The position numbers and the translations under genes are program-made. Under the pieces are notes generated by a model that searched no databases, was not told the origin of the DNA, and saw only the letters and a list, made by a program, of their open reading frames with translations. DNA of 64,000 bases from Bacteroidales bacterium (GTDB taxonomy: Bacteria; Bacteroidota; Bacteroidia; Bacteroidales; ML635J-15), in the NCBI GenBank assembly GCA_017620015.1, contig JAFZRE010000033.1, forward strand, positions 146,530 to 210,529, in the 5' to 3' direction. Of the stretch, positions 1-9,555 are shown piece after piece (the first letter of the stretch is position 1; each line of letters opens with the position of its first letter).

Positions 1-72
1 ACATTGTTGGAAATAAAAGATGCTGAAACTGGCGAAGTTATTGCAACAAGCGAAAAGACAAGAGAAGAATAA
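1..72 (+). CDS. 3' end of an unidentified CDS entering from upstream of the window
   Basis: Frame 1 is open from nt 1 to TAA at 70-72 (...TLLEIKDAETGEVIATSEKTREE*). A hairpin plus T-run follows. Too short to name. Confidence 0.35.
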   Translation, partial: TLLEIKDAETGEVIATSEKTREE

Positions 73-98
73 GGCATCATTTGTACCTAATATTATAT

Positions 99-130
99 GT
101 CCCTGCCGAATTTTCGTTGGGGACTTTTTT
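99..130 (+). terminator. Putative intrinsic terminator of the upstream CDS
   Basis: gtccc (99-103) pairs with gggac (120-124), followed by T6 (125-130). Confidence 0.5.
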
Positions 131-175
131 ATAAAAAATAATGATTATTCGCAAATTACACAAAAATATTTCATT

Positions 176-490
176 CCGCTCTAGCCGCGGGGGCTTTTAC
201 TTGTTATTCGCCCCTACAAACGATTTTCAACGGTGCTCATGATTGTCTTCGACAATTGTTGGCAAAAAAGTAAACAAAAAACCATGTCCGCTGAGTCTGC
301 TTCGCTAAAAATCAGCTGCACTACGCTAAAAGTCAGAAACTTGCTTCCGCTCTGCTACAGCTTCAAACAGACTGACTTTTTACGCTACGTTCTACCGATT
401 TTCTTAACGCTCACCAGCCAAGGCGGCAATCAAGGTATCGCCAAAGGCGATGGATAAAAAACGAAATCCGTCTTCGTGAGATTCAGTTTT
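176..490 (+). repeat. Copy A of a dispersed ~270-310 nt element (conserved core 264-438); second copy at 47853-48122
   Basis: Direct alignment by eye of the two loci. The core is ~175 nt with no indels. The flanks (ccgcgg.ggc.tttactt...; aaatccgtcttcg) are also shared. Copy A carries a ~45-nt insertion at about 216-262. Confidence 0.7.
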
Positions 491-696
491 TTGTATTGAC
501 TATATGAATCTCCACCTACTTTTTCCGCTGTTCCATAATTAATAACCTCGGAGAGGTTACATATATATAGTAGAATAACGTGAGTTTAGTGGCGTTGGCG
601 CATATTTTTGTCGCGACTCGTGCTGAGCGAAGTCGAAGCAAGCAAAACAAAAATTGTGACAACGCATAATTAAGCGGACAATAATAAAAAAAATTG

Positions 697-727
697 TTTG
701 CGCATTGTAGCAGAATGCTTATTTTTG
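697..727 (+). promoter_or_regulatory. Bacteroidetes-type promoter for the tdh-like gene
   Basis: TTTG (697-700) lies 19 nt upstream of TATTTTTG (720-727), which matches TAnnTTTG. The ATG is at 764. Confidence 0.45.
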
Positions 728-763
728 CCAATCATTTATAAAAGAATTTTTAAGTATAAAACG

Positions 764-1711
764 ATGAAAAACATATTGATTATTGGTGCTGGAGGACAGA
801 TAGGCTCCGAATTGACACGCAACTTGCGCGATGTTTATGGTGACAATCACGTTGTATGTTCAGATTTGCGTCCGTTGAAGGGACAAGATTACGAGCGCGG
901 TCCAATTGAACGCATTGATTCAACCCAAGTTATGCAGATTGCTGCTGCTGTTAAGAAGTACAACATCGACACGATTTACAATCTTGCAGCAATATTGAGT
1001 GCAACCGCCGAACTCAACCCGATGTTGGGCTGGAACGTAGGTATTGGCTCGTTGGTTAACTGCCTCGAAGTGGCTCGTCTTTTCAACTGTGCAGTCTTCA
1101 CTCCTAGCAGCATTGGTGCATTCGGTCCAAGCACACCGCACGACAACACACCGCAGGACACAATCCAACGTCCTAATACAATTTACGGTGTAACGAAGGT
1201 TACAGGCGAATTGCTCAGCGACTACTACTTCACCCGTTTCGGCGTTGACACCCGCAGCGTACGCTTCCCTGGTCTCATTAGTCATCTCACATTGCCTGGC
1301 GGCGGTACAACCGACTATGCAGTAGAAATCTACTACGCAGCAGTCAAGGGCGAAAAGTTCGTATGCCCGTTGAAGAAAGGCACATTCATGGATATGATGT
1401 ATATGCCTGATGCACAGAAGGCTATGATTGACATTATGGAAGCTGACCCGTCAAAGTTGATACACCGCAATAGCTTCAACGTTACAGCAATGAGCTTCGA
1501 CCCGGAGATCATCTACAATGCTATCAAGAAGCACTATCCTAACTTCGAGATGGTTTACGAACCGGAACCAATAAAGCAGGCAATTGCCGACAGCTGGCCA
1601 AACAATATGGACGACAGCTGCGCCCGCAACGAATGGGGCTGGAAACCTCAATACGACCTCGACAAAATGACCGAGGACATGATACTGAACCTGAAAAAGA
1701 AATTATTATAA
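764..1711 (+). CDS. tdh: SDR-type L-threonine 3-dehydrogenase / NAD-dependent epimerase-dehydratase family protein
   Basis: Start refined to ATG 764 (MKNILIIGAGGQIGSEL Rossmann motif). Also YGVTKV (Yx3K), PGGGTTDYAV and IADSWP..DDS, typical of short-chain TDH. Confidence 0.8.
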   Translation: MKNILIIGAGGQIGSELTRNLRDVYGDNHVVCSDLRPLKGQDYERGPIERIDSTQVMQIAAAVKKYNIDTIYNLAAILSATAELNPMLGWNVGIGSLVNCLEVARLFNCAVFTPSSIGAFGPSTPHDNTPQDTIQRPNTIYGVTKVTGELLSDYYFTRFGVDTRSVRFPGLISHLTLPGGGTTDYAVEIYYAAVKGEKFVCPLKKGTFMDMMYMPDAQKAMIDIMEADPSKLIHRNSFNVTAMSFDPEIIYNAIKKHYPNFEMVYEPEPIKQAIADSWPNNMDDSCARNEWGWKPQYDLDKMTEDMILNLKKKLL

Positions 1712-1732
1712 TAGATAAACGTAACAAAAGAG

Positions 1733-1760
1733 AAAAGGTTGTCTTTCGACAACCTTTTTT
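1733..1760. terminator. Bidirectional intrinsic terminator between convergent genes
   Basis: aaaaggttgtc (1733-1743), loop tttc, gacaacctttt (1748-1758). A-run on one side and T-run on the other. Confidence 0.7.
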
Positions 1761-1764
1761 GATA

Positions 1765-2784
1765 TTAATCTTGCTCAACCCCATCCACATAAGGTTTCTT
1801 ATACTTAGCCTCATACGTCAATGGAAACAACGCGATACTTGTTCCTCCAAATTTACTATTAACAAAAAAGGCACAAAGCCAATTACCTTTAACAAAAAAC
1901 TTCGGACTATTGTAACAATCAAAAACCTGTTCTTCTGTATTTTCTTTAATTATTTTATTTACAATAGTTTTAAAATGCTTTATATCAATATTTAACAAAT
2001 CAGCCCAATCTTGTTCTGTCTCTATTTTCTTTTTAGTACTCAGTTGATATGTAACGTATTCATAACTACCGGCAAACATTGGCCCGCAGCACAAACTATA
2101 ATAACAAAGAGACAGAATGTCTTTGTCATTTTGATTTATGGTACAACTGCTTTCTTCACCAAAATAAAATTCATCTGATCTATATAACGCCAATATAGGA
2201 ATGCGTATTTTCTTATTTGAAAATGTTTTTTTCCTTTTTTCCAATGCGTTTCGCCATTGTTCAAGTGAGAACAAATCAGCGACTTCTTCTGACAGACTAT
2301 ATATAAAGTCACCTATAGGTTTCGAAAAAGCTCTTACTCTTAATACATTATTATAATTCAATGGCCCAGAGAATATATAGGAAAAAACATAATCAGGAAT
2401 AGTTTTGGGAATAGGACAAGTTATATCAAGAGAAAAGCCATCGCCAACTGCATTAGGATCAACAACATCTTCTTCGTCCATATATGGATTTTTACCGAAC
2501 TCTAAGTACCTAATAGAAATAGAAATCTTATTGTCATAAATTGAATCTATTTCAACATTGCTCACAATCAAATCATCAAAAAAATTATAATGGCGAACTA
2601 CTATATCTTTATAATCACCATATTTATTATGAAAATAATTGTAACAATCTTCTACATCTCCAGGACAAAAAAAACCATCAAGCCCAAGTTCAGATTCGAA
2701 TTTCTCATACTGGGAATATGCAAATGTACCAATCATTTCCATTACGGAAACTAATACTAAAATCAGAAATATTTTTCTTCTCAT
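1765..2784 (-). CDS. Hypothetical secreted protein
   Basis: 339-aa ORF with a signal-peptide-like N-terminus (MRRKIFLILVLVSV). No recognisable motif. Visibly AT-rich. Confidence 0.6.
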   Translation of the reverse strand: MRRKIFLILVLVSVMEMIGTFAYSQYEKFESELGLDGFFCPGDVEDCYNYFHNKYGDYKDIVVRHYNFFDDLIVSNVEIDSIYDNKISISIRYLEFGKNPYMDEEDVVDPNAVGDGFSLDITCPIPKTIPDYVFSYIFSGPLNYNNVLRVRAFSKPIGDFIYSLSEEVADLFSLEQWRNALEKRKKTFSNKKIRIPILALYRSDEFYFGEESSCTINQNDKDILSLCYYSLCCGPMFAGSYEYVTYQLSTKKKIETEQDWADLLNIDIKHFKTIVNKIIKENTEEQVFDCYNSPKFFVKGNWLCAFFVNSKFGGTSIALFPLTYEAKYKKPYVDGVEQD

Positions 2785-3110
2785 AAATTATTCTTATTCT
2801 ACCCACCAGTACCCCATAGGCAATTCAACATAAAAAGAAGCGTGGCACTGATACCCATAAAAATCTCACGTTCCTAGTAGCAAGACGAGCATAAACGCTT
2901 CGTTAATCCAAAATGTACGGTCGGGCGCAAGCACCAAACCAAGGACAAAAATAAGGAATGGGAACGAGATTACAAAATTTATTTTGAGTTTATAGGCAAA
3001 CCAAAACAGCAATCCTTTTTGTTGCCACAATACCCTATTTCACCTTCCATCGTTTTATAACTTTCCCTTTTTGTTGATAACCTATCTCCAAAAACTCCGC
3101 ATTTTTTCAG

Positions 3111-3118
3111 TAGTTTTG
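3111..3118 (+). promoter_or_regulatory. Candidate -7 box for mutS
   Basis: TAGTTTTG matches TAnnTTTG and ends 22 nt before the ATG at 3141. No well-spaced -33 TTTG. Confidence 0.35.
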
Positions 3119-3140
3119 CAACCTAAATATTTGTTGTAGT

Positions 3141-5744
3141 ATGGCGAAGAATGCGACCGAAACACCTTTGATGAAACAATACTACGAGGTCAAGCACAAA
3201 CACCCCGATGCAATTTTGCTTTTCCGCGTGGGCGACTTCTACGAAACCTTTGGAGATGATGCAGTTGTGGCAAGCAAGATTCTTGGAATCACTCTAACAC
3301 AACGCGCTGGTGCTCCTCTGGCCGGTGTCCCCTATCACGCCATCGACACTTATCTGCCACGACTTGTCCGCGCCGGTCAACGTGTTGCTATCTGCGAACA
3401 ACTAGAAGATCCAAAAACGACAAAAACTATTGTAAAACGTGGCATAACCGAACTTGTCACTCCTGGCATAACAATGGACGACAACGTTCTGGAACAGAAA
3501 GAAAATAATTTCCTAGCAAGCATTTTTAGCCAAAACAAACTCTACGGAATTTCTTTCCTTGACATTTCTACAGGCGAATTCCTTGTCTCTCAAGGCAATA
3601 AGGAATATATAGAAAAACTTTTGCAGAACTTTAGACCCAAGGAAGTCATCTTTGAAAAGGAGCAGAAACTGGAAATTACCGACACTTTCCGCGAACTTCC
3701 TGCCACCTACGACCTTCCCGACTGGATGTTTACCGAGGAAAATGCCTTCGAGAAACTTACGCGGCAATTCGGCTCCAATTCCCTGAAAGGTTTTGGCGTA
3801 GAACATCTGAAGACTGGCGTAATCGCTGCCGGTGCAATCATCGACTACCTTGACTACACCAAGCACGACTGCTGCGAACACATCAAGAACCTAGCCCGTA
3901 TCGACGAGGACAAGTACGTCTGGCTCGACAAGTTTACAATCCGAAACCTTGAACTTTTTGATTCGGGCTACGAAAACGGCAAAAGCCTGATAACCGTCAT
4001 TGACAGCACACAGACTGGAATGGGCGGACGACTACTAAAACGCTGGTTGTCACTACCATTGAAAAATGTTGATGCAATAAATGAAAGGCTAAACGTTGTT
4101 GAGTTCCTGATAAAGCACAAGACGATAAGCGAAAAGATTTCATCGCAACTGGCAATGGTCGGCGACATTGAACGACTGTCGTCAAAAGTGGCAGTACTGC
4201 GCGTAAATCCGCGTGAAATGCTGCAACTGAAATATTCGCTTGATGCCATAGAACCGATAATTAATGCTTGCCGTGATTCAAAATGTCCAGAACTACAAAT
4301 TGTTGGCGAGAAAATGGATTTTTGCCAGGAGCTTAGAGAGAAAATCGGTAAATACATGAATCCCGAATGTCCTAACTTGATAGCAAAGGGCAATGTGATA
4401 AAGAATGGCGTAAATGCCGAACTTGACGAACTGCGCAATATTTCTACTGGCGGCAGAACCTACTTAAATGATCTGGAACGACGTGAAAGCCAAAGGACTG
4501 GCATTCCATCACTGAAAGTCAGCTACAACAACGTGTTCGGCTACTATTTCGAAGTTCGCAACGCACATAAGGACAAGGTTCCGCCCGAATGGACACGCAA
4601 GCAGACGCTTGTCAATGCAGAGCGCTACATCAACGAGGAACTTAAGGAATACGAAGAGAAAATACTGGGAGCCGAAGAACGTATTTCGGTAATCGAGACT
4701 CAACTTTTCAACGAACTTATAAGTTTTGCGACATCACAAATCGGGAAAGTGCAGATAAATGCAAACCTTGTCGCCAGAATCGACTGCCTTATGGCATTTG
4801 CCAAGGATGCACAACTCAACAACTACTGCCGCCCCGAAATCAACGACGGAAATGTACTTGACATCAAGGAAGGCCGCCACCCAGTGATTGAGAAACAACT
4901 AAAATTCGGAGAATCATACATTTCGAACAACGTTTTCCTCGACGACAAGACTCAGCAGATAATGATGATTACAGGTCCGAATATGTCTGGTAAATCTGCC
5001 CTGCTCCGTCAGACGGCACTTATCTGCATTATGGCGCAGATTGGTAGTTTTGTTCCTGCCGAAAAGGCAAAACTTGGAATTGTCGATAAGATTTTCACAC
5101 GCGTTGGAGCTTCCGACAACATTTCAATGGGCGAATCAACATTCATGGTTGAAATGACCGAGGCCGCCAGCATAATGAACAATCTTTCGGACAAAAGTCT
5201 TATCCTGCTCGACGAACTTGGTCGTGGCACTAGCACCTACGATGGCATTTCAATTGCTTGGGCTATAGCCGAATACATACACGAGCACTCGAAAGCAAAA
5301 ACATTGTTCGCAACTCATTACCACGAACTTAACGAGATGGAAAAGGATTTCAAGCGAATACGCAACTACAACGTTTCGGTGCAGGAATCTGGCAACAAGG
5401 TAATATTTCTGCGCAAGCTTCAGCCAGGCGGAAGCGAACACAGCTTCGGAATACACGTTGCAAAGATGGCTGGAATGCCCAAGTCAATTGTCTATCGTGC
5501 AAACAAGATTCTTGAACAGCTTGAAGCCGCAGGCAGCGATGTGAACGGAAGCGTAAATGTCGGCAAACCAGTGGATAGCATTGCTCAGAACCGCGACGGT
5601 TACCAGCTCAGTTTCTTCCAGTTGGACGACCCTGTGCTTTCGCAAATCAAGAAGGAACTTATGAACCTCGACATCGACAGACTAAGTCCGCTCGAAGCTC
5701 TCAACAAACTTAACGACATAAAGAAACTGGCTGGAGCAAAGTAA
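3141..5744 (+). CDS. mutS: DNA mismatch repair protein MutS
   Basis: 867 aa. N-terminal [14 protein letters not shown], Walker [21 protein letters not shown]. Confidence 0.95.
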   Translation: MAKNATETPLMKQYYEVKHKHPDAILLFRVGDFYETFGDDAVVASKILGITLTQRAGAPLAGVPYHAIDTYLPRLVRAGQRVAICEQLEDPKTTKTIVKRGITELVTPGITMDDNVLEQKENNFLASIFSQNKLYGISFLDISTGEFLVSQGNKEYIEKLLQNFRPKEVIFEKEQKLEITDTFRELPATYDLPDWMFTEENAFEKLTRQFGSNSLKGFGVEHLKTGVIAAGAIIDYLDYTKHDCCEHIKNLARIDEDKYVWLDKFTIRNLELFDSGYENGKSLITVIDSTQTGMGGRLLKRWLSLPLKNVDAINERLNVVEFLIKHKTISEKISSQLAMVGDIERLSSKVAVLRVNPREMLQLKYSLDAIEPIINACRDSKCPELQIVGEKMDFCQELREKIGKYMNPECPNLIAKGNVIKNGVNAELDELRNISTGGRTYLNDLERRESQRTGIPSLKVSYNNVFGYYFEVRNAHKDKVPPEWTRKQTLVNAERYINEELKEYEEKILGAEERISVIETQLFNELISFATSQIGKVQINANLVARIDCLMAFAKDAQLNNYCRPEINDGNVLDIKEGRHPVIEKQLKFGESYISNNVFLDDKTQQIMMITGPNMSGKSALLRQTALICIMAQIGSFVPAEKAKLGIVDKIFTRVGASDNISMGESTFMVEMTEAASIMNNLSDKSLILLDELGRGTSTYDGISIAWAIAEYIHEHSKAKTLFATHYHELNEMEKDFKRIRNYNVSVQESGNKVIFLRKLQPGGSEHSFGIHVAKMAGMPKSIVYRANKILEQLEAAGSDVNGSVNVGKPVDSIAQNRDGYQLSFFQLDDPVLSQIKKELMNLDIDRLSPLEALNKLNDIKKLAGAK

Positions 5745-5750
5745 GTCATT

Positions 5751-7214
5751 ATGCTTTTCAACTCTTTTGAATTCGCCATTTTCCTGCCAATAACATTCAT
5801 CCTCTATTGGCTTGTATTCAACAGAAATCTGAAGTTGCAAAACGCATTCATCGTTGCAGTTTCGTACTTGTTCTACGGTTGGTGGGACTGGCGTTTTCTG
5901 ATACTAATCGCATTTACAACATTTTGCAGTTACACAAGCGGAATTTTTATCGACAAGGCAAACCAAAAATCACAAAACAAGAAGGCAAAAATCATATCTG
6001 CCACCAACATAACGATTAACCTGCTGATATTAGGCGTATTCAAGTATTACAACTTTTTCGTCACAAGCTTCGCCGATGCCTTTTCCGCATTTGGGATAAC
6101 ATTGGAAACCACCACGTTAAATATCATTCTGCCAGTCGGAATAAGTTTCTACACATTTCAGGCTTTAAGCTATTCCATTGATGTTTACCGCCGTAAGATA
6201 GAAGCCTCGCACGACATAATTGCATTTTTTGCCTTCGTAAGTTTCTTTCCCCAACTCGTTGCAGGCCCTATCGAACGGGCCACCAACCTACTACCGCAAT
6301 TCACTCAGAAACGCAGTTTCGACTACAGCACTGCCGTTGACGGATGCCGTCAGATACTTTGGGGTCTTTTCAAGAAGATAGTTGTGGCAGACAACTGCGC
6401 AACGACTTGCAACCAGATTTTCGCCACCTACGCCGACCAGCCAGCAAGTATGCTAATGGTCGGTGCTCTGCTTTTCACTTTCCAGATATACGGCGACTTC
6501 TCAGGATATTCCGACATCGCCATCGGCACAGCCAAATTGTTCGGCATAAAGTTAATGCGCAACTTCAACATTCCGTATTTCAGTCGCGACATAGCCGAAT
6601 TCTGGCGCAGGTGGCATATTTCACTCACGACATGGTTCCGCGACTACATCTACATTCCTCTTGGCGGAAGCCGAGTCACAAAGGCAAAGGTTGTGCGCAA
6701 CACCTTGATAATTTTCCTGTTAAGCGGACTTTGGCATGGTGCGAACTGGACTTTTGTTATCTGGGGAGCCTATCACGCACTGCTATTCCTACCGCTTATA
6801 TTGTTGGGAAAAAATCGGAAATACACACACACCATCGCCGAAGGCAAGCACATTCCTTCCATAAAGGAATTTGCAATGATGCTGATAACGTTCCTACTTG
6901 TAGTCGTCGGATGGATTTTCTTCAGGGCGGAAACCATTGGCGATGCGTGGCACTATATTTGCGGACTTTGCAGTTTGAACACCTTCAAGGCTTCTTACCT
7001 ATTCTTTACTTCCACAAAGAATTTCGCAGGAATTTTCGTCATCGTAATGCTTGCAGTAGAATGGTGGCAACGCAGCAAGGAACACGGACTTGGCGAATTG
7101 CATACATCGCTTAAAAGACCTATTTTCAGATGCCTTTTGTATTTCTTCCTATTCTTCTCAATCCTTGCATTCCAGACTTCCGACTCGATACAATTCCTAT
7201 ATTTCCAGTTCTGA
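5751..7214 (+). CDS. MBOAT family O-acyltransferase (AlgI/DltB-like)
   Basis: 487-aa polytopic protein. WRRWHISLTTWFRDYIYIPLGG block with the conserved His. Confidence 0.9.
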   Translation: MLFNSFEFAIFLPITFILYWLVFNRNLKLQNAFIVAVSYLFYGWWDWRFLILIAFTTFCSYTSGIFIDKANQKSQNKKAKIISATNITINLLILGVFKYYNFFVTSFADAFSAFGITLETTTLNIILPVGISFYTFQALSYSIDVYRRKIEASHDIIAFFAFVSFFPQLVAGPIERATNLLPQFTQKRSFDYSTAVDGCRQILWGLFKKIVVADNCATTCNQIFATYADQPASMLMVGALLFTFQIYGDFSGYSDIAIGTAKLFGIKLMRNFNIPYFSRDIAEFWRRWHISLTTWFRDYIYIPLGGSRVTKAKVVRNTLIIFLLSGLWHGANWTFVIWGAYHALLFLPLILLGKNRKYTHTIAEGKHIPSIKEFAMMLITFLLVVVGWIFFRAETIGDAWHYICGLCSLNTFKASYLFFTSTKNFAGIFVIVMLAVEWWQRSKEHGLGELHTSLKRPIFRCLLYFFLFFSILAFQTSDSIQFLYFQF

Positions 7215-7215
7215 T

Positions 7216-8193
7216 ATGAAAAAGTTCCTAATAAAGACAGCATTAATATTCGTGATATTTGCCATTCTGTACATTCCGGCATATAGCATCTTGAATATGA
7301 TTGCCGATAAGGATTCCCAAGAAGCATCCGACTTCGAATATCTAAAAACTACGGAAATAAAGTTCAATGAAATAGACAACTACAAGGACATTGACATTCT
7401 TTTTGTCGGCAGCAGCCATACATATAGGTCGTTCGACCCACGCATTTTCTCAAAAGAAGGATTGAAGGTCTTCAACATAGGGACAAGTTCACAGACCTGT
7501 ATGCAGTCGTGGTTCCTGATAGACAGATATATAGATGCCCTCAATCCAAAATGCGTAGTCTATGACCTATTCCCCGACCTGATGAACAACAAGGGCGAAG
7601 AATCGACAATTGATTTTATATCGTCCAACTTCGAACACAATCAAGCTATGTGGGAATGGACAAAACTGAAGATGGCAATGTGTACAAAAAATATGTACAC
7701 GATAAACAAATGGATATACAAGGCATTCCAACGCCACATACTTCGCAAAGAGAATCAAATTCAAACGATTAAAGATGATGAACTTAGGATAAGAAACGAA
7801 AGATACATAAAAGGCGGATTTGTAGAAAGGGATTTGGAATATTACGATTTAAGTTACGATAATAGGATTGATACTACCTGCAAACTCGGCACAATGCAAA
7901 TGATGTTTCTGCGGAAGACTATTAATCTGCTAAAGGACAAGGGAATAAACTATCTGCTTGTTGAAACGCCAGTGCCGTCGGTTCTATACAACTCATACGA
8001 CGATCACGACAAATACACAGAAAAGATTTCCGAATATGGAACATTTTACGACTACAATATACGACTCAAATTGAATGATTCGTTAGACTTTTACGATTCG
8101 CACCATCTGAACCAAAATGGAGTTGCAAAATACGACTCCTTGCTAATAAAGGACTTATACGAATTGAAGTATATTGGCGATTATGTTCACTAA
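7216..8193 (+). CDS. Membrane-anchored partner of the MBOAT protein (SGNH/DltD/AlgJ-like, tentative)
   Basis: ATG 7216 lies 1 nt after the MBOAT stop. N-terminal TM helix (MKKFLIKTALIFVIFAILYI). FVGSSHTYRSF block. Confidence 0.55.
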   Translation: MKKFLIKTALIFVIFAILYIPAYSILNMIADKDSQEASDFEYLKTTEIKFNEIDNYKDIDILFVGSSHTYRSFDPRIFSKEGLKVFNIGTSSQTCMQSWFLIDRYIDALNPKCVVYDLFPDLMNNKGEESTIDFISSNFEHNQAMWEWTKLKMAMCTKNMYTINKWIYKAFQRHILRKENQIQTIKDDELRIRNERYIKGGFVERDLEYYDLSYDNRIDTTCKLGTMQMMFLRKTINLLKDKGINYLLVETPVPSVLYNSYDDHDKYTEKISEYGTFYDYNIRLKLNDSLDFYDSHHLNQNGVAKYDSLLIKDLYELKYIGDYVH

Positions 8194-8213
8194 AAAGCGA
8201 TAATGTTCACTCG

Positions 8214-8447
8214 GATCCTGAAACAAGTTCAGGATGACTTTGTGAATACCCATTCTGGATTCAGCATCCGTTACTATTACTCACTCTTCACTGTCATGCT
8301 GAATTTATTTCAGCATCTGTTACTAACACCCAGATCCTGAAACAAGTTCAGGATGACTTAGGGATGATCCCTTCGGGTTTCAGCATCTGTTACTATTACT
8401 CACTCTTCACTGTCATGCTGAATTTATTTCAGCATCTGCTAAGGTAT
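8214..8447 (+). repeat. Two tandem ~119-bp units built of hairpin modules (same family as 57889-58130)
   Basis: Module gatcctgaaacaagttcaggatgac at 8214-8238 and 8333-8357. Module ctgtcatgctgaatttatttcagcatctg at 8291-8319 and 8410-8438. Each module is an inverted repeat. Confidence 0.85.
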
Positions 8448-9302
8448 TTACGGTCTAAGTTTCAACCGCTTGCCGACACTCAATATTGAACTTTCCTTTA
8501 TTCCGTTCAAATCGCAAATCTGCTTTACAGAAACCTTGTACTTGCGAGCAATGGCATATAGCGTATCTCCCGACTTAACTATATGATACTGTGAATTATC
8601 CACAAACTTCATATAGTCGAAATTGCTTGCATAAATCGGAATTCTGTCGGCAACCAAAGCACCAGTCTGCACATTAAAGACAATTTCTGGGTCGAAGGCA
8701 TTGTCCTTCAGACGAGTTTCAAAATGCAGATGATTTGATGTCTTTCCGCCAACGCCGACAATTTCTCCAGCATTGATTTTCTGGTTGACCTTGCATTTTA
8801 CATCGTCAAGGTGAGCATATACGGTTTCAAGTCCGTTGTAATGTCTGACTACCACAGCGTTGCCATATTTCGAACCGCTCCAGCCAGCAAAACGTACTAT
8901 GCCATCGAAGGCTGCGACTACAGAATCGCCATAATTAATAGCAATGTCGATTCCAGTGTGCATTTTTCCGCTACGCATTCCAAAACTTGAAACGACTTTA
9001 CCTTTTGCTGGAAAACAAGAAGCTCCGTCGCCAAAATTAATGACACTAGCATCTTTGGTTCGTGCATAATCAGGATTCTGTGCATATACCGAAGTTGTGA
9101 CCCAGTTTTCCGACTTTATGTCTGTAGTATCGATTGTTACTGATTTTACATCAGGCTGTATTTCAATGTATTGCCATGTCTTATCATCGAATATGACCAC
9201 CGACAGGTTGCCACGTGATATTGTATCTACAGCGACTTTTGCCTGCGAAAATGACAAGGTGCAGACAGCGAATAGTGCAATTGCAAGCGATATTCTTTTC
9301 AT
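8448..9302 (-). CDS. M23 family metallopeptidase with C-terminal LysM domain
   Basis: Start refined to 9302 (MKRISLAIALFAV signal peptide). HTGIDIA and NHLHFE M23 motifs. LysM: YHIVKSGDTLYAIARKYKVSVKQICDLNGI. Confidence 0.85.
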   Translation of the reverse strand: MKRISLAIALFAVCTLSFSQAKVAVDTISRGNLSVVIFDDKTWQYIEIQPDVKSVTIDTTDIKSENWVTTSVYAQNPDYARTKDASVINFGDGASCFPAKGKVVSSFGMRSGKMHTGIDIAINYGDSVVAAFDGIVRFAGWSGSKYGNAVVVRHYNGLETVYAHLDDVKCKVNQKINAGEIVGVGGKTSNHLHFETRLKDNAFDPEIVFNVQTGALVADRIPIYASNFDYMKFVDNSQYHIVKSGDTLYAIARKYKVSVKQICDLNGIKESSILSVGKRLKLRP

Positions 9303-9555
9303 ACTGCAAAAGTATTGAATTATTTTATGTAAATTTGCATCGGACAAAAATTTAAACGATTATACTTTAATATTAGCAATATTTGAGACTTTAAGTTACA
9401 CTAAGTTTCTGATAGTAAGCATTGTTGATATTTGGCATAATAATTGCAATAATTTACCCGTCTTTGCAACAAAATGCATTAAAAGACTCCGTGCATCAGT
9501 TACAAACGACAATTTGGGAGTTAATTTATAAATCAGGAGTCTAAAAAAAATTAAT

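Noticed and set aside
233-457. The 74-aa ORF (and its counterpart at 47908-48099) as a conserved small protein gene.
   Set aside because: The frame is preserved only because the two copies have no indels. 14 of 18 differing codons are non-synonymous with radical changes, and the changes are compensatory across a hairpin. This fits a structured nucleic-acid element better than a protein.
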